Shown: piece after piece, positions 1 to 14,044 of the stretch
How positions within the stretch are numbered: position 1 is the stretch's first letter
Layout of the letters: each line of letters opens with the position of its first letter
Origin: the human T2T-CHM13v2.0 reference genome, Homo sapiens
Length of the DNA: 64,000 bases
Assembly (NCBI RefSeq): GCF_009914755.1
Contig: NC_060929.1
Direction: 5' to 3' (one strand)
Notes under the pieces: generated by a model
What the model saw: only the letters and a program-made list of their open reading frames with translations
Databases searched by the model: none
Told to the model about the DNA's origin: nothing
Position numbers and translations under genes: made by a program

Positions 1-78
1 TTATTTGACTTCTCTTAAATTTGGCTTATTCCTCTGTAAAATTGGCATAATAGTAACTACTATCAAACATAATTGTGA
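1..78 (+). mobile_element. MIR SINE fragment (left part; continues at ~8543-8610 after the L1 insertion)
   Basis: MIR core-like 'ctctgtaaaattggcataatagta...ataattgtga' resumes as 'gagaattaaacatgaaaata...taataaatgttagt' after the L1. Confidence 0.7.
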
Positions 79-1413
79 AGGGCAGAGAAAGATGATGGAC
101 TAGAAGCCTACACCATTCATTCCCCCTGCAGGAACACTAAATTTTAGCAACTACACTCAAAAAGCACCATTACAAGAACTAAAAATCAGGAGAGTAATCA
201 CAGTACCTGGTTTTAACTTCATGTCATTGAAAGAGTCATTGGAGAGGGCAGGAAAGACAGTCTTAAAGCACAGCTGCCACCCAACCCCCATCTCCTGGCA
301 GAGGCAATGCCAGTGGAGATTCTCTGTGCTTGGGACAGGGAGAGCACAGCATTTGTGAGGCTTTACATTGAACTCAGTGCTGTCCTGTCCCAGTGAAAAG
401 CAGAACTAGGCTGTATTCCACTGACATCCAACCACAGAAGGAGCATTTGGGCCAGCCCTAGACAGAGAGGAATTGCTCATCCAAGCAATTGGAGCTTGAC
501 TTCCTGCAAGCCTCGCCATTGTGGGCCAGAGTGCTTTGGGACCCTAAGTGAACTTGAGGGGCAGTCTAGGCCACAAGGACTGCAATTCCTTGGCAAGCCC
601 TAGTGCTGGACACACAGCCAGTGGACTGGGGTGACATGTGACCTATGGAGACCCCAGCTGAGGCAGCAAAGGTGTGCCTGTCCACCCTACCCCCTAACCC
701 TCCAACCCCTCACAGCAGTTGCTCAGTGGGGAGAAATTTTTGCACTTGGGAGATGGATAGGCAGTGACTGGGGGATTTTATATTGAATTAAGTGCTGCCC
801 TGTCACAGCAAAGACCTGGCAGAATTTATCAACTGCTGAATAAAGAGTCCCTTGGCTCTGAATAACCAACAGTGATACCCAGGTAATATGTCATGGGCAT
901 TGGGCTCTGAGACATACTGGCTTCAGGTATGACCCAGAACATTCCAAGCTGTGGTGGCTATGGTGAAAGATTCCTATTTGAGAAAAGCAGTGGGAAAAGT
1001 GAAGGGGGCTCTGTCTTGTACCTTAGGTACCAGCTCAGCAACAGTGGGGTAGAGCACAGTGGGATACAGCAGACTCTTGGGGTTTTTTATTCCGGATCTA
1101 GGCTCTTGGTCAGCATTTTTAGATCTTCCCTGGCCCAAAGGGTGAGTCCCCAGCCTGGAAGCATTCATCACAAGCTATCTTCAGACAGACTTGGTCTTTA
1201 AGTAAACATTGGTGGTGACCTGGCAGAACCCCCCATGGGCTGGTAGTGGTGACGGCCACAGGGAGAAGTTCTTCTGCATGCAGAAAGGGGAAGGAAAAGT
1301 GCAAAGGACTTTGTCTTGTGGTTCAAGTGCCAGCTTAGCTCCAGTAGACTAGAACACTAGGTAAATTTCTGAGGTTTTAGATTTTAATCTCCAGCTTCTA
1401 GAAAGCATCTCTA

Positions 1414-1521
1414 GACCCACCCAGGGCCTAGGGAAACTTGCTGCCATGAAGGGAGAAACACAAACCTGACCCACCCAAGGCCTAGAGAAACTTGACGCCA
1501 CGAAGGGAGAAACACAAACCT
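1414..1521 (+). repeat. Tandem duplication, 2 x 54 bp, in the L1 5'UTR
   Basis: gacccaccca...agaaacacaaacct at 1414-1467 and 1468-1521, 5 mismatches. Confidence 0.9.
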
Positions 1522-3517
1522 GGCTGGTTGTACCACTTGTTTATCATAGAGCCCTAGGGCCTTGAATGAACTTAGGTGGTAGTCAGGTAGTGGTTACAGT
1601 GGGCCTTCAGTGAGACACTGTTGTGCTGGCTTCAGGACTGACCCAGCATAGTCACAGTAGTCGTGGCCAAGGGATACTAGTGTCACCCACCCCCAGCTCT
1701 AGGCAGCTCAGCACAGAGAGACTCCATTTCTTAGGAGAAAGTAAAGGAAGAGAACAAGAGTCTCTGCTTGGTAATCCAGAGAATTCTTCCAGATCTTATC
1801 CAAGAACACCAACGTAGTACCTTTATGAGTCTACAAGAACTGCATTATTGGGTTCAGGGCCCAAGTTCCTGTGAATACCTGGAAAGCCTTCCCAAGAAGA
1901 ATGGGCGTGAATAAGCTCAAACCCAGAGTTTTATTGTAATCTCCCAAGGTTACAATAAAGGCCTAACTCTTCAATCCCCAGATGTAGACAAACATCTACA
2001 AGCATTAAGGTCATCCACAAAAACATGGCCTCACCAAATGAATAAAGCATCAGGGACCAGTCCTGGAGAAACACAGATATGTGGCCTTTCAGACAGAGAA
2101 TTCAAAATAGCTCTCAAGGGGAAATTCAAAACACAGAGGAGGAATTCAGAATTCTATCAGATAATGTTTTTAAAATAGATTGAAATAATGAAAAAGAATC
2201 AAGTAGAAATTCTGGAGGTGGAAAATGCAATTGACATGCTGAAGAATGCATTAGAGTCTCTTCATAGCAGAATTGATCAAGCAGAAGAGAGAATTAGTGA
2301 GCTTAAAGATAGGCTATTTGAAAATATACAGTCAGAGGAGACAAAGGAAAAATAAGAAAGAAAGAATGAAGCATGCCTACAAGACCTGGAAAATAGCCTC
2401 AGAAGGGTAAATCTCAGTTATTGAACCTAAAGAGGAGGTAGAGAATGAGATAGGGGTAGAAAGTTTATTCAAAGGGATAACAGAACTTCCCAAACCAAAA
2501 AAATGCATCAATATCCAAGTACAAGAAGGTTATAGAACCCCTGGCAGATTTAACCCAAAGAAGACTATTTTAAGACATTGAATATTAAAAACCCCAAAGG
2601 TGAAGGATAGACAAAGGATCTTAAAAGCAGCAAGAGAAAATAAGCAAATAACACAATGGAGCTCCAATACATCTGGCAGCAGACTTTTCAATGGAAACCT
2701 TACAGGTCAGGAGAGAGTGGCATAATATATTTAAAGTGCTAAAAGAAAAAAAATTTACCATAGAATAGTGTCTTCAGCAAAAATATCCTTTCAGAAAAGC
2801 ATGAAGGAGTAAAAAGACTTTTCTAGACAAACAAAAGCTGAGGAATTTTATCAACACTAAACCTGTCCTATGAGAAATGCTAAAAGGAGTTCTTCAATAT
2901 GAAAGAAAAGGTCATAAATGAGTAATAGACCAATTATCTGGAGGTACAAAATTCACTGGTAATTGCACACAGAAATACACAGAATATTATAACATGGTAA
3001 TTGTGCTGTGTAAATACTGTTATTGTAAGTAGAAAGACTAAACAGTGATCTAATCAAAAGTAAGTACAGTAACTTTTCTATATATATAGTATAATAAGAC
3101 ATACAGAGAAACAAAAAAATTAAAAAGCAGGGGGACAAAATTAAAGTGTAGAATTTTTATTAGTTTTTTCTTTTTCTTTTTTATTAGTTTATTTCTATCA
3201 CTTTTTATTAGTTTTCTATTTGTTTATGCAATCAGTGTTAAGTTGTCATCAGTTTAAAATAACAGGTTATAAGATAGTATTTGGAAGCTTCATGGTAAAC
3301 TAAAATTGAAAAACGTACAATGGGTACACAAAAAAATTAAAAGCAACAAATTAAATAATACCACCAGAAAAAAACACCTTCACTAAAAGGAAGACAGAAA
3401 GGAAGGAAAGAAGGAAGACAAGACCAGAAAACCAATAACAGAATGGCAGGAGTAATGCCTTACTTAGCAATAATAACAATGTCTGTTAATGAGCTAAGCT
3501 GTCCAATCAAGGACACA

Positions 3518-3834
<317 letters not shown>

Positions 3835-4358
3835 TTAAAAAAGCAAGACCCAGTTATCTGTTGACTACAAGAAACACACTTCATCTATAAAGAAACAGAC
3901 TGAAAATAAAGGGATGGAAAAAGATATTGCATGTCCGTGGAAACCAAAAAAGAGCAAGAGTTACTACAGTCATATCAGACAAAATTGATTTCAAAACAAA
4001 ACTATATGAAGAGACAAATAAAGTCACTATAAAATGATAAAGGAGTTAATTCAGCAAAAGGATATGATAATTTAAGTATCTATGCACCCAACATTAGAGC
4101 ACCTAGATATATAAAGCAAATATTATTAGAGCTAAAGAAAGAGAAAGATCTTAATCCAATAATGGCTGAACACTTTAACACCCCACTTTCAGCATTAGAC
4201 AGATCTTCTAGACAGAAAATCAACAAAGAAATGTCAGACATAATCTGCACAATAAACCAAATGGGCCTAATAGATATTTACAAAGCATTTCATCTGACAG
4301 TGGCAGAATATAGATTTTTCTCCTCACCTCATAAGTCATTCTCCAAGACAGAACCATG

Positions 4359-4703
4359 TATTTATTTATTTATTTATTTATTTATTTATTCATTTATTTA
4401 CTTATTTATTTAACTTCAGACAGGGTCTTGCTCTTTTACCCAGGCTGGAGTGCAGTGGCATGATTACAGCTCACTGCAGCATCAACTTCCCAGGTTCCAA
4501 CAATCCTCCCACCTTAGCCTCCCAAGAAGCTGAGCAACTGGGACCACAGGCACACACCACCATGCCCAGCTAATTTTTGTATTTTTGGTAGTCATGGTTT
4601 CACCATGTTGCCAGACTGGTTTCAAACTCCTGAGTGCAAGCAATCCACCTGCCTTAGCCACCCAAAGTACTGTAATTATAGGCATGAGCTATCACACCCA
4701 GTC
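4359..4703 (-). mobile_element. AluJ with (TTTA)n tail, inserted in L1 ORF2
   Basis: Reverse Alu with J-type features ('cagggtcttgctc', 'cagctcactgcagc', 'caagcaatcc'). Confidence 0.9.
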
Positions 4704-5509
4704 AAAGATAGACTACATGTTAGGTTACAAAACAAGCTTTAAAACATTGAAAAACATCAAAGTGATATCAAGCAACTTCTCTGACCACACTGGAATAAAA
4801 CTAGACATCAATACCAAGAGGAATTTTGGAAACTATACAAACACATAGAAATTAAACAATATGCTCCTGAATGTCCAGTGGGCCAATGAAGAAATTAAAA
4901 AGGAAATTGAAATTTGTTTTAGAGACAAATGGTAATAGAAACACAACATACCAAAATCTATAGGACACAAAGAAAGTAGTATGAGGAGGGAAGTTTATAG
5001 TTATAAGTGCCTGCATCCAAAAAGAAGAAAAACTCAAAATAAGTAACCTAATTATGCATCTCAAAGAACTACAAAAGCAAGAGCAAGGCAAACCCAAAAT
5101 TAGTAGAAGAAATAATAAAGGTCATAGCAGAAATAAATACATTAGAAATGAAGAAAACAATAAAAAGATGAATGAAACAAACAGCTGGCTTTTTGAAATG
5201 ATGAATAAAATGGACAAACCTTTAGTCAAACTAGGAAAAAACAAAGACCCAAGTAAATAAAATCAGAGATGAAAAGGGAGTTATTACAACTGATACTGTA
5301 GAAATTTAAAGGATCATTAGTGGCTACTGTCAGCAACAGTATACCAACAAATTAGAAACTCTACAGAAAATGGCTCAATTCCGAGACACATAACACATAA
5401 TCAATTAACCTACCAAGACTGAACCAGGAATAAATCCAAAACCTGAACAGACCAATAATAATGAGACCAAAGCTATAATGAAAATTCTCCTAGTAAAGAA
5501 AAGCCCAGA

Positions 5510-5832
<323 letters not shown>

Positions 5833-8663
5833 TCACTTCACGCCTTAATTCTACCAAACATTTCAAGAAGAACTAATACTAATTCTACTTAAACTATTCC
5901 AAAAACTAAAGGAAGCAAGAATAGTCCTAAATTCATTCTATGAGGCCAGTATTACCTTAATACCAAAACCAGAAAATGATACAAGAAACTACAGGCCAAT
6001 ATCCCTGATGAATATTGATGCGAAAATCTTCAGCAAAATACTACCAAACCAAATTTAATAATACATTAAAAAGATTAGTTATTGTGACCAAGTGGGATTT
6101 ATTCCATGGATGCAAGGATGGTTCAACATACATAAATCCATAAATGTGATACATCATATCAACAGAATGAAGTCCAAACCATATGATTATTTAAATTGAT
6201 CCTGAAAATCATTTGATAAAATTCAACACATCAAAGGAATATACCTCAAGATAATAAAAGCCACATACAACAGACCTACAGCTAGTATCCTACTGAATGA
6301 AGAATAACTGAAAGCCTTCCCTCTAAGATCTGCAACATGACAGAGATGCCCACTTTTACCACCATTATTCAACATAGTTCTGGAAGTCCTAGCTAGAGCA
6401 AAAAGACAAGAGAAAGAAATAAAGGATATACAAATTGGAAAGCAAGAATTCGAATTATCCTTGTTTGCAGATGATATGATCTTACATTTGGAAAACCCTA
6501 AAGCCTCCACACACACACACACACAAAACACTATTAGAATTGATAAACAAATTCAGCAAAGTTGCAGAATACAAAATCAACATACAAAAATCTGAATCAT
6601 TTCTATATGCAGTGAATAACCTTTAAAAGAAATAAAAAAGTAATCCCACTTACAATAGCCACAATTAAAATTAAATACTCAGGAATTAACCAAATAAGTG
6701 AAAGATCTCTATAATGCCAACTAAAAAATACTGATAAAAGAAATTGACAAGGACACCAAAAAATGGAATGATATTTCATGTTCATGGATTGGAAGAAACA
6801 ATACTGTGAAAATGTCCATACTACCCAAAGCAATCTACAGATTCAATGCAAACCATATCAAAACACCAATGACATTCTTCACAGAAATACAAAAAAAATT
6901 CTAAAATTTAAGACAGAATAGGCAACACTATCCCGAGCAAAAAGAACAAAACTGGAGGAATCACATTACCTAACTTCAAATTATACTACAGAACTGTAGT
7001 AACCAAAACAGCATGGTACTGGCATAAAAACATACATATAGAACAATGGAAGAGAATAGAGAACCCAGAACTAAATCCATACACCTACAGTAAACTAATT
7101 TTTGACACAGGTCCGAAGAACATACATTGTAGAAGGAACAAATGCTGCTGGGAAAACAGGATATCCATATGCCAAAAAATGAAACTTAACCCCTATTTCT
7201 CACTATGTACAAAAATCAAATCAAAATCAATTAAAGACTTAAATCTAAGACCTCAAACTATGAAAGTACTATAAGAAAACTTTGAGGAAACTCTCCAGGA
7301 CATTGATCTGCACAAAATTTTTTTGTGCAATACCCCACAAACAAAGGCAACCAAAGCAAAAGTGGGCAAATGTGGTCATATAAAGTTAAAAAGCTACACA
7401 GCAAAGGAAACAGTCAAGAAAGTGAAGAGATAACACACAGAATGGGAAAAAATATTTGCAAACCACCCATCTGACAACAGATTAATAACTAGAGTATATA
7501 AGGAGTTCAAATAACTGTACAGGAAACAAATCTGAAAATCTGATTAAAAATGAGCAAAAGATCTGAATAGACATTTCTCAAATGAAGGCATACAAATGGC
7601 AAACAGAAATATGAAAAGGTGCTCAACATCACAGATCATCAGAGAAATACAAACCAAAACTACAGTGAGTTATCATCTCACCCCAGTTAAAATGGCTTTT
7701 ATTCAAAAGATAGGCAACAAATGCTGGTGTGGAAAAAAGTGAACCCTCATACACTGTTGGTGGGAATATGAATTAGTGCAACCACCATGGAGAAAAGTTT
7801 GGAGGTTCCTTAAAAAACAAAAAACATAGAGCTACCATACGATCCAGTGGTATGGTTATATTCCCAGAAGAAATAAAATCAGTATATAAAAGAGATATCT
7901 GCACTATCATGTTTATTGCAGCACTGTTCACAATAGCCAAGGTTTAGAAGCAATCTAAATGTCCATCAACAAATGAATAGATAAAAAAAAATGTGGTCAT
8001 ATACACAATGGAGTACTATTCAGCTATTAAAAAAGAAGAGATCCTGTCATTTGCAATAACATGGTTGAAACTGGGGATAGTTATGTTAAGTGAAATAAGC
8101 CAGGCACAGGAAGACAAACTTCACATATACTCACTAATTTGCAGGTGTTCAAATTAAAACAATTGAACTCATGGAGAAGAGAATAGAAGGACGGTTACCA
8201 GAGGCTGGGAAGGGAAGTAGGGGCTGGTTAGAGAAGTGATTATGGTTAACATGTACAGTTACATGTTACAAAATAGTTACAAAGTATGAATAAGATCGAG
8301 TATTTGATAGCACAACAGGGTGGATACAGTCAATAGTAATTTAATTGTACATTTTATCATAACTAAAAGAGTATAATTGGATTGTTTTTTATACTGAGGA
8401 TAAATGCTTGAGGGGTTGCATACTCCATTTTCTATTACACCATTATTACTTATTGCATGCCTGTATCAAAGTATCTCATGTGTACCCCATAAATATATAC
8501 ACCAACTATGTACCCACAAAAATAAAAAATATATAATTGTGAGAATTAAACATGAAAATATATAAATATACTTAACACATCATATTGTAAGTATTTAATA
8601 AATGTTAGTGTAACATATGTTTAATGGAATGGACTTAATAAAGTGCAAATACAAAAGAACTCC

Positions 8664-8699
8664 TGTATTAGGATTCTCGAGAGAAACAGAACTAAAAGA

Positions 8700-8738
<39 letters not shown>

Positions 8739-9158
8739 TGTGTGTTGGCTTACATGATTAGGGAGGCTGACAAGTCCCAAGATCTGCAGTTGGCAAGTGG
8801 AAACCACGGAGAACAAGTCTAGTTCCAGTCTGGAGGCCCAAGAAGCAGGAGAGCTAGTGGTGTAAGTTTCAGTTTTAGTCCATGTCTGAAAGTGAGGGAA
8901 GACCAATGCTCCAGCTTGAAGACAGTCAGGTAGAAAAAACAAATTCTCCTACATTCAGCCTTTTTGTTCTATTCAGCCTTTCAACCAATCGAATGAAGCC
9001 CACCCACATTGGGGAAGGCAATCTGCTTTGCTCAGTCTACCTGATTCAAATGTTAATCTCATCCAGAAATTCTCTCAGACACACCCATAATAATGTTTAA
9101 CCAAATATCTGGGCATCCCATTGCCCAGGCAAGTCATCACACACTATTAGTCAACAAA
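8664..9158 (-). mobile_element. MLT2B-like solo LTR (ERVL) containing a (TG)n microsatellite at 8701-8737
   Basis: 'tgtattaggattctc...gaaacagaact', 'cccacccacattggggaaggcaatctgcttt...aatgttaatctcatccagaaa'; 5-bp TSD actcc on both sides. Confidence 0.85.
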
Positions 9159-10129
9159 ACTCCTTTCTTTATTGCCCTCATACCCGCAATGACATCTCTT
9201 TCCTACATTTGGAACATCTTGGATAGAACCCATAGATTTTATTCATTTTAGATTTCAAACATAAATCAAAATATTACTCATCTTCAGTTAAATATTTGCC
9301 CTCTTTCCTGCTTATGACTGAGCAGGAAGTAGCAGAGAAAAGAGAGCCTGAGGCCTCTTCCACATTGGCATGCTCCTCCTGGTGTCTACTACATCTGACT
9401 CCTTCAAACTTGAGGTGGGGACTGGAGAGGAATGGTTACATGATTTTATTTTACTTAGTTTGTACTGTTTATAGTTCCCTCTTGGCTCTTCAACATCCTC
9501 TGTTTTACCAGGCATCCAACAAGCCATAATGGAAAATATCAATGTATTTAAATACAGTAAAAATTAAAGATATGTACACCTCCCAAAACAGCAGACACTT
9601 TATTTAAAAAGCAAATGACAAACAAAAATATTTTAAAATGCAACAGGAAATATTTTTAAAGCTATTTTTAAAAATCAAAGAAAAAGGCAAATATTTTATT
9701 TAAAAAATAAAATATAGTAAAAAAGGATGGCCAGTCCCTAAAGACATAGAAATGTCCAATAAATATCCTAGTTTTTAAGAAGAAATTCAGAGTTACTTAC
9801 TAGCTATGAAAACATTGATTAGTGCCTTGTATTGTGCAAATTTTAGGCCATTTTTTATTTATAAAAATTGAAAAGCTATATTGATTTCATATTTATTTTG
9901 TATAGTAGTACTTAGCACACACCTGATACATAGCAAATGTTAACTAAATGGTAAGTATTGCTATATAAAAATGTTAAATAAGGCAAATAATTAAATGAAC
10001 ATAAGCTTTTTTTCAACTAAATTGAAAAAATAAAAGTATATTAATATAAACATTCGATAGCAATTCTTTGAATCAGTAATTTGTACAGATTCTTGGTCAT
10101 AGAGCAAATGTTTATAAATTTTATGCTGA

Positions 10130-10770
10130 GCATTTGACAAGTTCTAAAATGTTCATATCCATTAAGTATGTGGGTGCAAATGGAATAGGTAGGATGGGAA
10201 AGTGGGGCTGAGAGAGAAGTAATGAAGGGGACAATGTTTCTTGAGTATACTATTTTGTATTGTTGTGACTCTTATATCCATGGTAATGACTCACATACCC
10301 ATCAATCAATCAAATCAATCAAACCAGATGTGTATGTGGTGGTTAAGAATGGTAGAGTAAGATAAAATAAAGAGTAACAACCGAATCTAACTCTATTAAA
10401 AATTAATAATAGACCCACACTTAAGAAGGTATAGAAGGGAAAAGAGCTATGTAATTTTGGAAAACATCATTTTAACTAAAACTGTACAGTTTTGAGAAAT
10501 TGTAAAGTTTTTTTATTAAAAAATACAACACACAAATATTTGTGCTATTTAGTAAATTTGTTTCTAACACAGTTATGAATTAACATTTCAATTCTGAATC
10601 AACTGTATGTGTATACTAGGATTGAGTAAATGAGTAAGTATATTATGAATAATGAGGGATGGGTTTCTCACTGTCAGAAAAAGGAGTCACAAATAAGGAA
10701 AAGGGGAAGGCTAAAATAAACCCAGTGATACTGTGTTGCAACTGGAGCTATTGTTTTGAACTCATGGTCC
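10130..10770 (+). mobile_element. Old L1MC-type 3'UTR fragment
   Basis: Resembles L1MC 3' sequence ('tgtatgtgtatactaggattgag...gggaaggctaaaataaaccc'); highly diverged, boundaries approximate. Confidence 0.5.
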
Positions 10771-11891
10771 AAAAGTATCAAAAATTGTTATTTTGTAAAT
10801 ACTAGCCTCAAGATTAATTAGAATTCATCTCTTCCTGTTCGAAAATATAAATATGCTTCTGTATACCGCTGCTTTGATTACTTTCCATTACTGCCTCACG
10901 TATCCTCTGGAAGTTGACAGTTCCCTGACTGACCTAGTGCTTGCAACTCTGGTAGCCTAATATTAACAGGTATATGACACTGTGGAGAAGTTATTCAGAA
11001 GTAGGAACCTGAAAGAAGTACAAGGTCTTCATGATTCTGCTTATTATGAAGTTCTTTATTACAATAGTAAAATGCACATGTGAATATACAATGTATTTAT
11101 AAAACATAAACAAATAAATCAATATAAACAAATAAGATTTAGAAATGTATTCATCTAAGTCTACTTATCAGTTAGCCTTACTTCTCCTTAAATTCAATGG
11201 CTAACTAGCACTCATGTAAATTCAAATTTTTCCTCAAAGAAAAGCTTGACTTCTCTTGCTCATATTTGGATATCCAAAAGTTTCTTCTTAATTTTAGTAT
11301 GCTATTCTCACTTCACTCTTCAGAGCAGATATTTTCACTTGCAGAGCTAGAAAAAACTCTAGCAGTCAATTCTTTCAACCAACCTCATTATTCTTCAGCT
11401 GGTATTAGCTGCTTTGCTTCTAACTCAGCTTTAACAAAGACCCTAATTGGGTACTTCAGCCTATTATTCCTTGTTCCAAGAAATCTCTCAATAAATGTAA
11501 TGGCTCCGTGAGAGAATATATTATATCATATTTTATTTATGCTTCCACTTCTTGCACAGTGTTTGGCCAAGAGAGAATGGTCAATGTTAACTGAATGATT
11601 TAAACAAATGAATAAATGAATGAAGAAATCAAATAATATCCCCATACTTTTTATACCTGCTCTCTGATCTTTATTTCAGGGCTCAGAAATGGAAGAGAAA
11701 TAGGACTCTATTTTAAAAAAAGGCTTTTGGTTCATTTTCTCCCACTTAAGGAGAAAAAATGGTTTTTCGACAATAATTTTGTGTAACCCAATTAGCCTCT
11801 TAAGTGCTTTATCATTGTTCCACTAATATTTTATTCATCCAATGCTAAAATTCTGAAATGTTGATAACTGTCATAAGAGAAGTTTGTGTGT

Positions 11892-12260
<369 letters not shown>

Positions 12261-12334
12261 TTAAACAATGTTATAAAATGGAGTCAATTCAAACATTTAC
12301 TATCATGAGTATTTCTTATTTTGCCCTTAGTATT

Positions 12335-12810
12335 TGTATACATTTTCTTTTGCTGCCATAACAAATTGCCACTGACTTAGTGATTTAAAATAACATAAAT
12401 TCATTACCATACACGTCTGTATATTAGAAGTCAGACCCAGATTTTAATGGACGAAAGTTAGGGCTGCATTCCTTTCTGGAGGCTCTAGGAGGAATCCACT
12501 TCCTTGTCTTTTCAAGCTTCTAGAGACCACACCCATTCCTTGGCTAATAGCCTCCTCCATCTTCAAAACCAGCAATATTGTATCTCCCTTATCTTTGGTC
12601 ACATCTCTCTGACCACAGCTGGAAAAAGCTCTTAGCGTTTAAGGACAAGTGTAATTAAATTAGGATCACCTGTGTAAGCCAGGCCACTCTTCCCAGTTCA
12701 TGCTTCATAACCTTAATCACGTCTGCAAAGTCTCTTTTAGGACACATATTTAAAGGCTCTGAGGCCCAGGAGGTGGACATATTTGGGGTGCCATTATTCT
12801 GCCTACCAAA
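12335..12810 (-). mobile_element. MLT1 (D-like) MaLR solo LTR
   Basis: 'gctgccataacaaattgcca', 'ctggaggctctagg', 'catcttcaaaaccagcaa', end 'attattctgcctacca'; TSD gtatt/atatt. Confidence 0.85.
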
Positions 12811-13306
12811 ATATTTATTAGAAATTTTAGAGAACTATTGATAGAGAGAAGAGACAGAGATCGCAGAGCTCTAACCTTGAAGAATAAAGGAGGATGTAGT
12901 TTTCAGGAAATAATCTTTGATTCATTTATAATTTCATCCTGGACACTTTTTCCTATAGGACCTCTTCTTTTTATGGCTAACCTATCTTCTTGTCATCGTA
13001 AAGCTTGTGAGATTTAATCCTAGTCTCCCAGGTGCAGTTCATTTCTTCCCGTGTTGTCTCACTAACACATTCTGGTTCATAAACCCAGGATCAGGATAAA
13101 AATAATAGTGTCAATTTCATTGTTTCCCAGATTTATTTTGAACTCTCAGTTGTGTGCAATTTACAATTTTACATAGACTCTAAGGTACCATGAATGAGAA
13201 AGCACTTTAAACAGCATAAATCTTTATAGAAATGTAATATTAATATTATTATACCTAAGCCTAACAGGAAATTGAATATAGACTCATATACTTAATATAG
13301 ATATAC

Positions 13307-13506
13307 TTATGGCTGCTATTCTGAAAGGCATTTTCTCATGGATTATACTGCACAAAGTCTCTGTAAATGCCACTAAAATAAGTCATAAGAAAATTACTGC
13401 ATACTTCATATAAAAGCTATTGATATATTATATTCTTTTATTTACATTAGACTTTCTATGTACCATAATCAGGTGACCTACCATGAGGAATTTTGCAGCA
13501 TATTCT

Positions 13507-13551
<45 letters not shown>

Positions 13552-14044
13552 TTATACCTTAAGTTCTGGGATACATGTGCAGAACGTGCAGGTTTGTTAC
13601 AAAGGTATACATGTGCCATGGTGGTTTGCTACACCCATCAACCCGTCATCTACATTAGGTATTTTTCTTAATGCTATCCCTCCCCTAGCCCCCCAACTCC
13701 CGACAGGCCCCGGTGTGTGATGTTCCCCTCCCAGTGTCCATGTGTTCTCATTGTTCAACTCCCACTTATGAGTGAGAACATGCGGTGTTTGGTTTTCTGT
13801 TCCTGTGTTAGTTTGCTGAGAATGATGGTTTTCAGCTTCATCCATGTCCTCCCCACAAATGACATCAACTCATCCTTTTTTATGGCTGCTATTCTGAAGG
13901 TATTTTCTCATGGATTGTACTGGACATAGTCTCTGTGAATGCCACTAAAATAAGTCATAAGAAAGTTACTGCATACTTCATATGAAAACTACTGACATAT
14001 TATATTCTTTTATTTACATTATACTTTCTATGTACCATAATCAG
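13307..14044 (+). repeat. Direct repeat of ~165 bp (13307-13472 and 13880-14044) flanking the L1PA fragment
   Basis: Hand alignment: about 11 substitutions and 1 indel over 166 bp. Confidence 0.95.
13507..13889 (-). mobile_element. 5'-truncated L1PA7-like 3' end with (TTTA)n tail
   Basis: 'aagttctgggatacatgtgcagaacgtgcagg...cgacaggccccggtgtgtgatg' is the L1PA 3'UTR in reverse. Confidence 0.92.
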
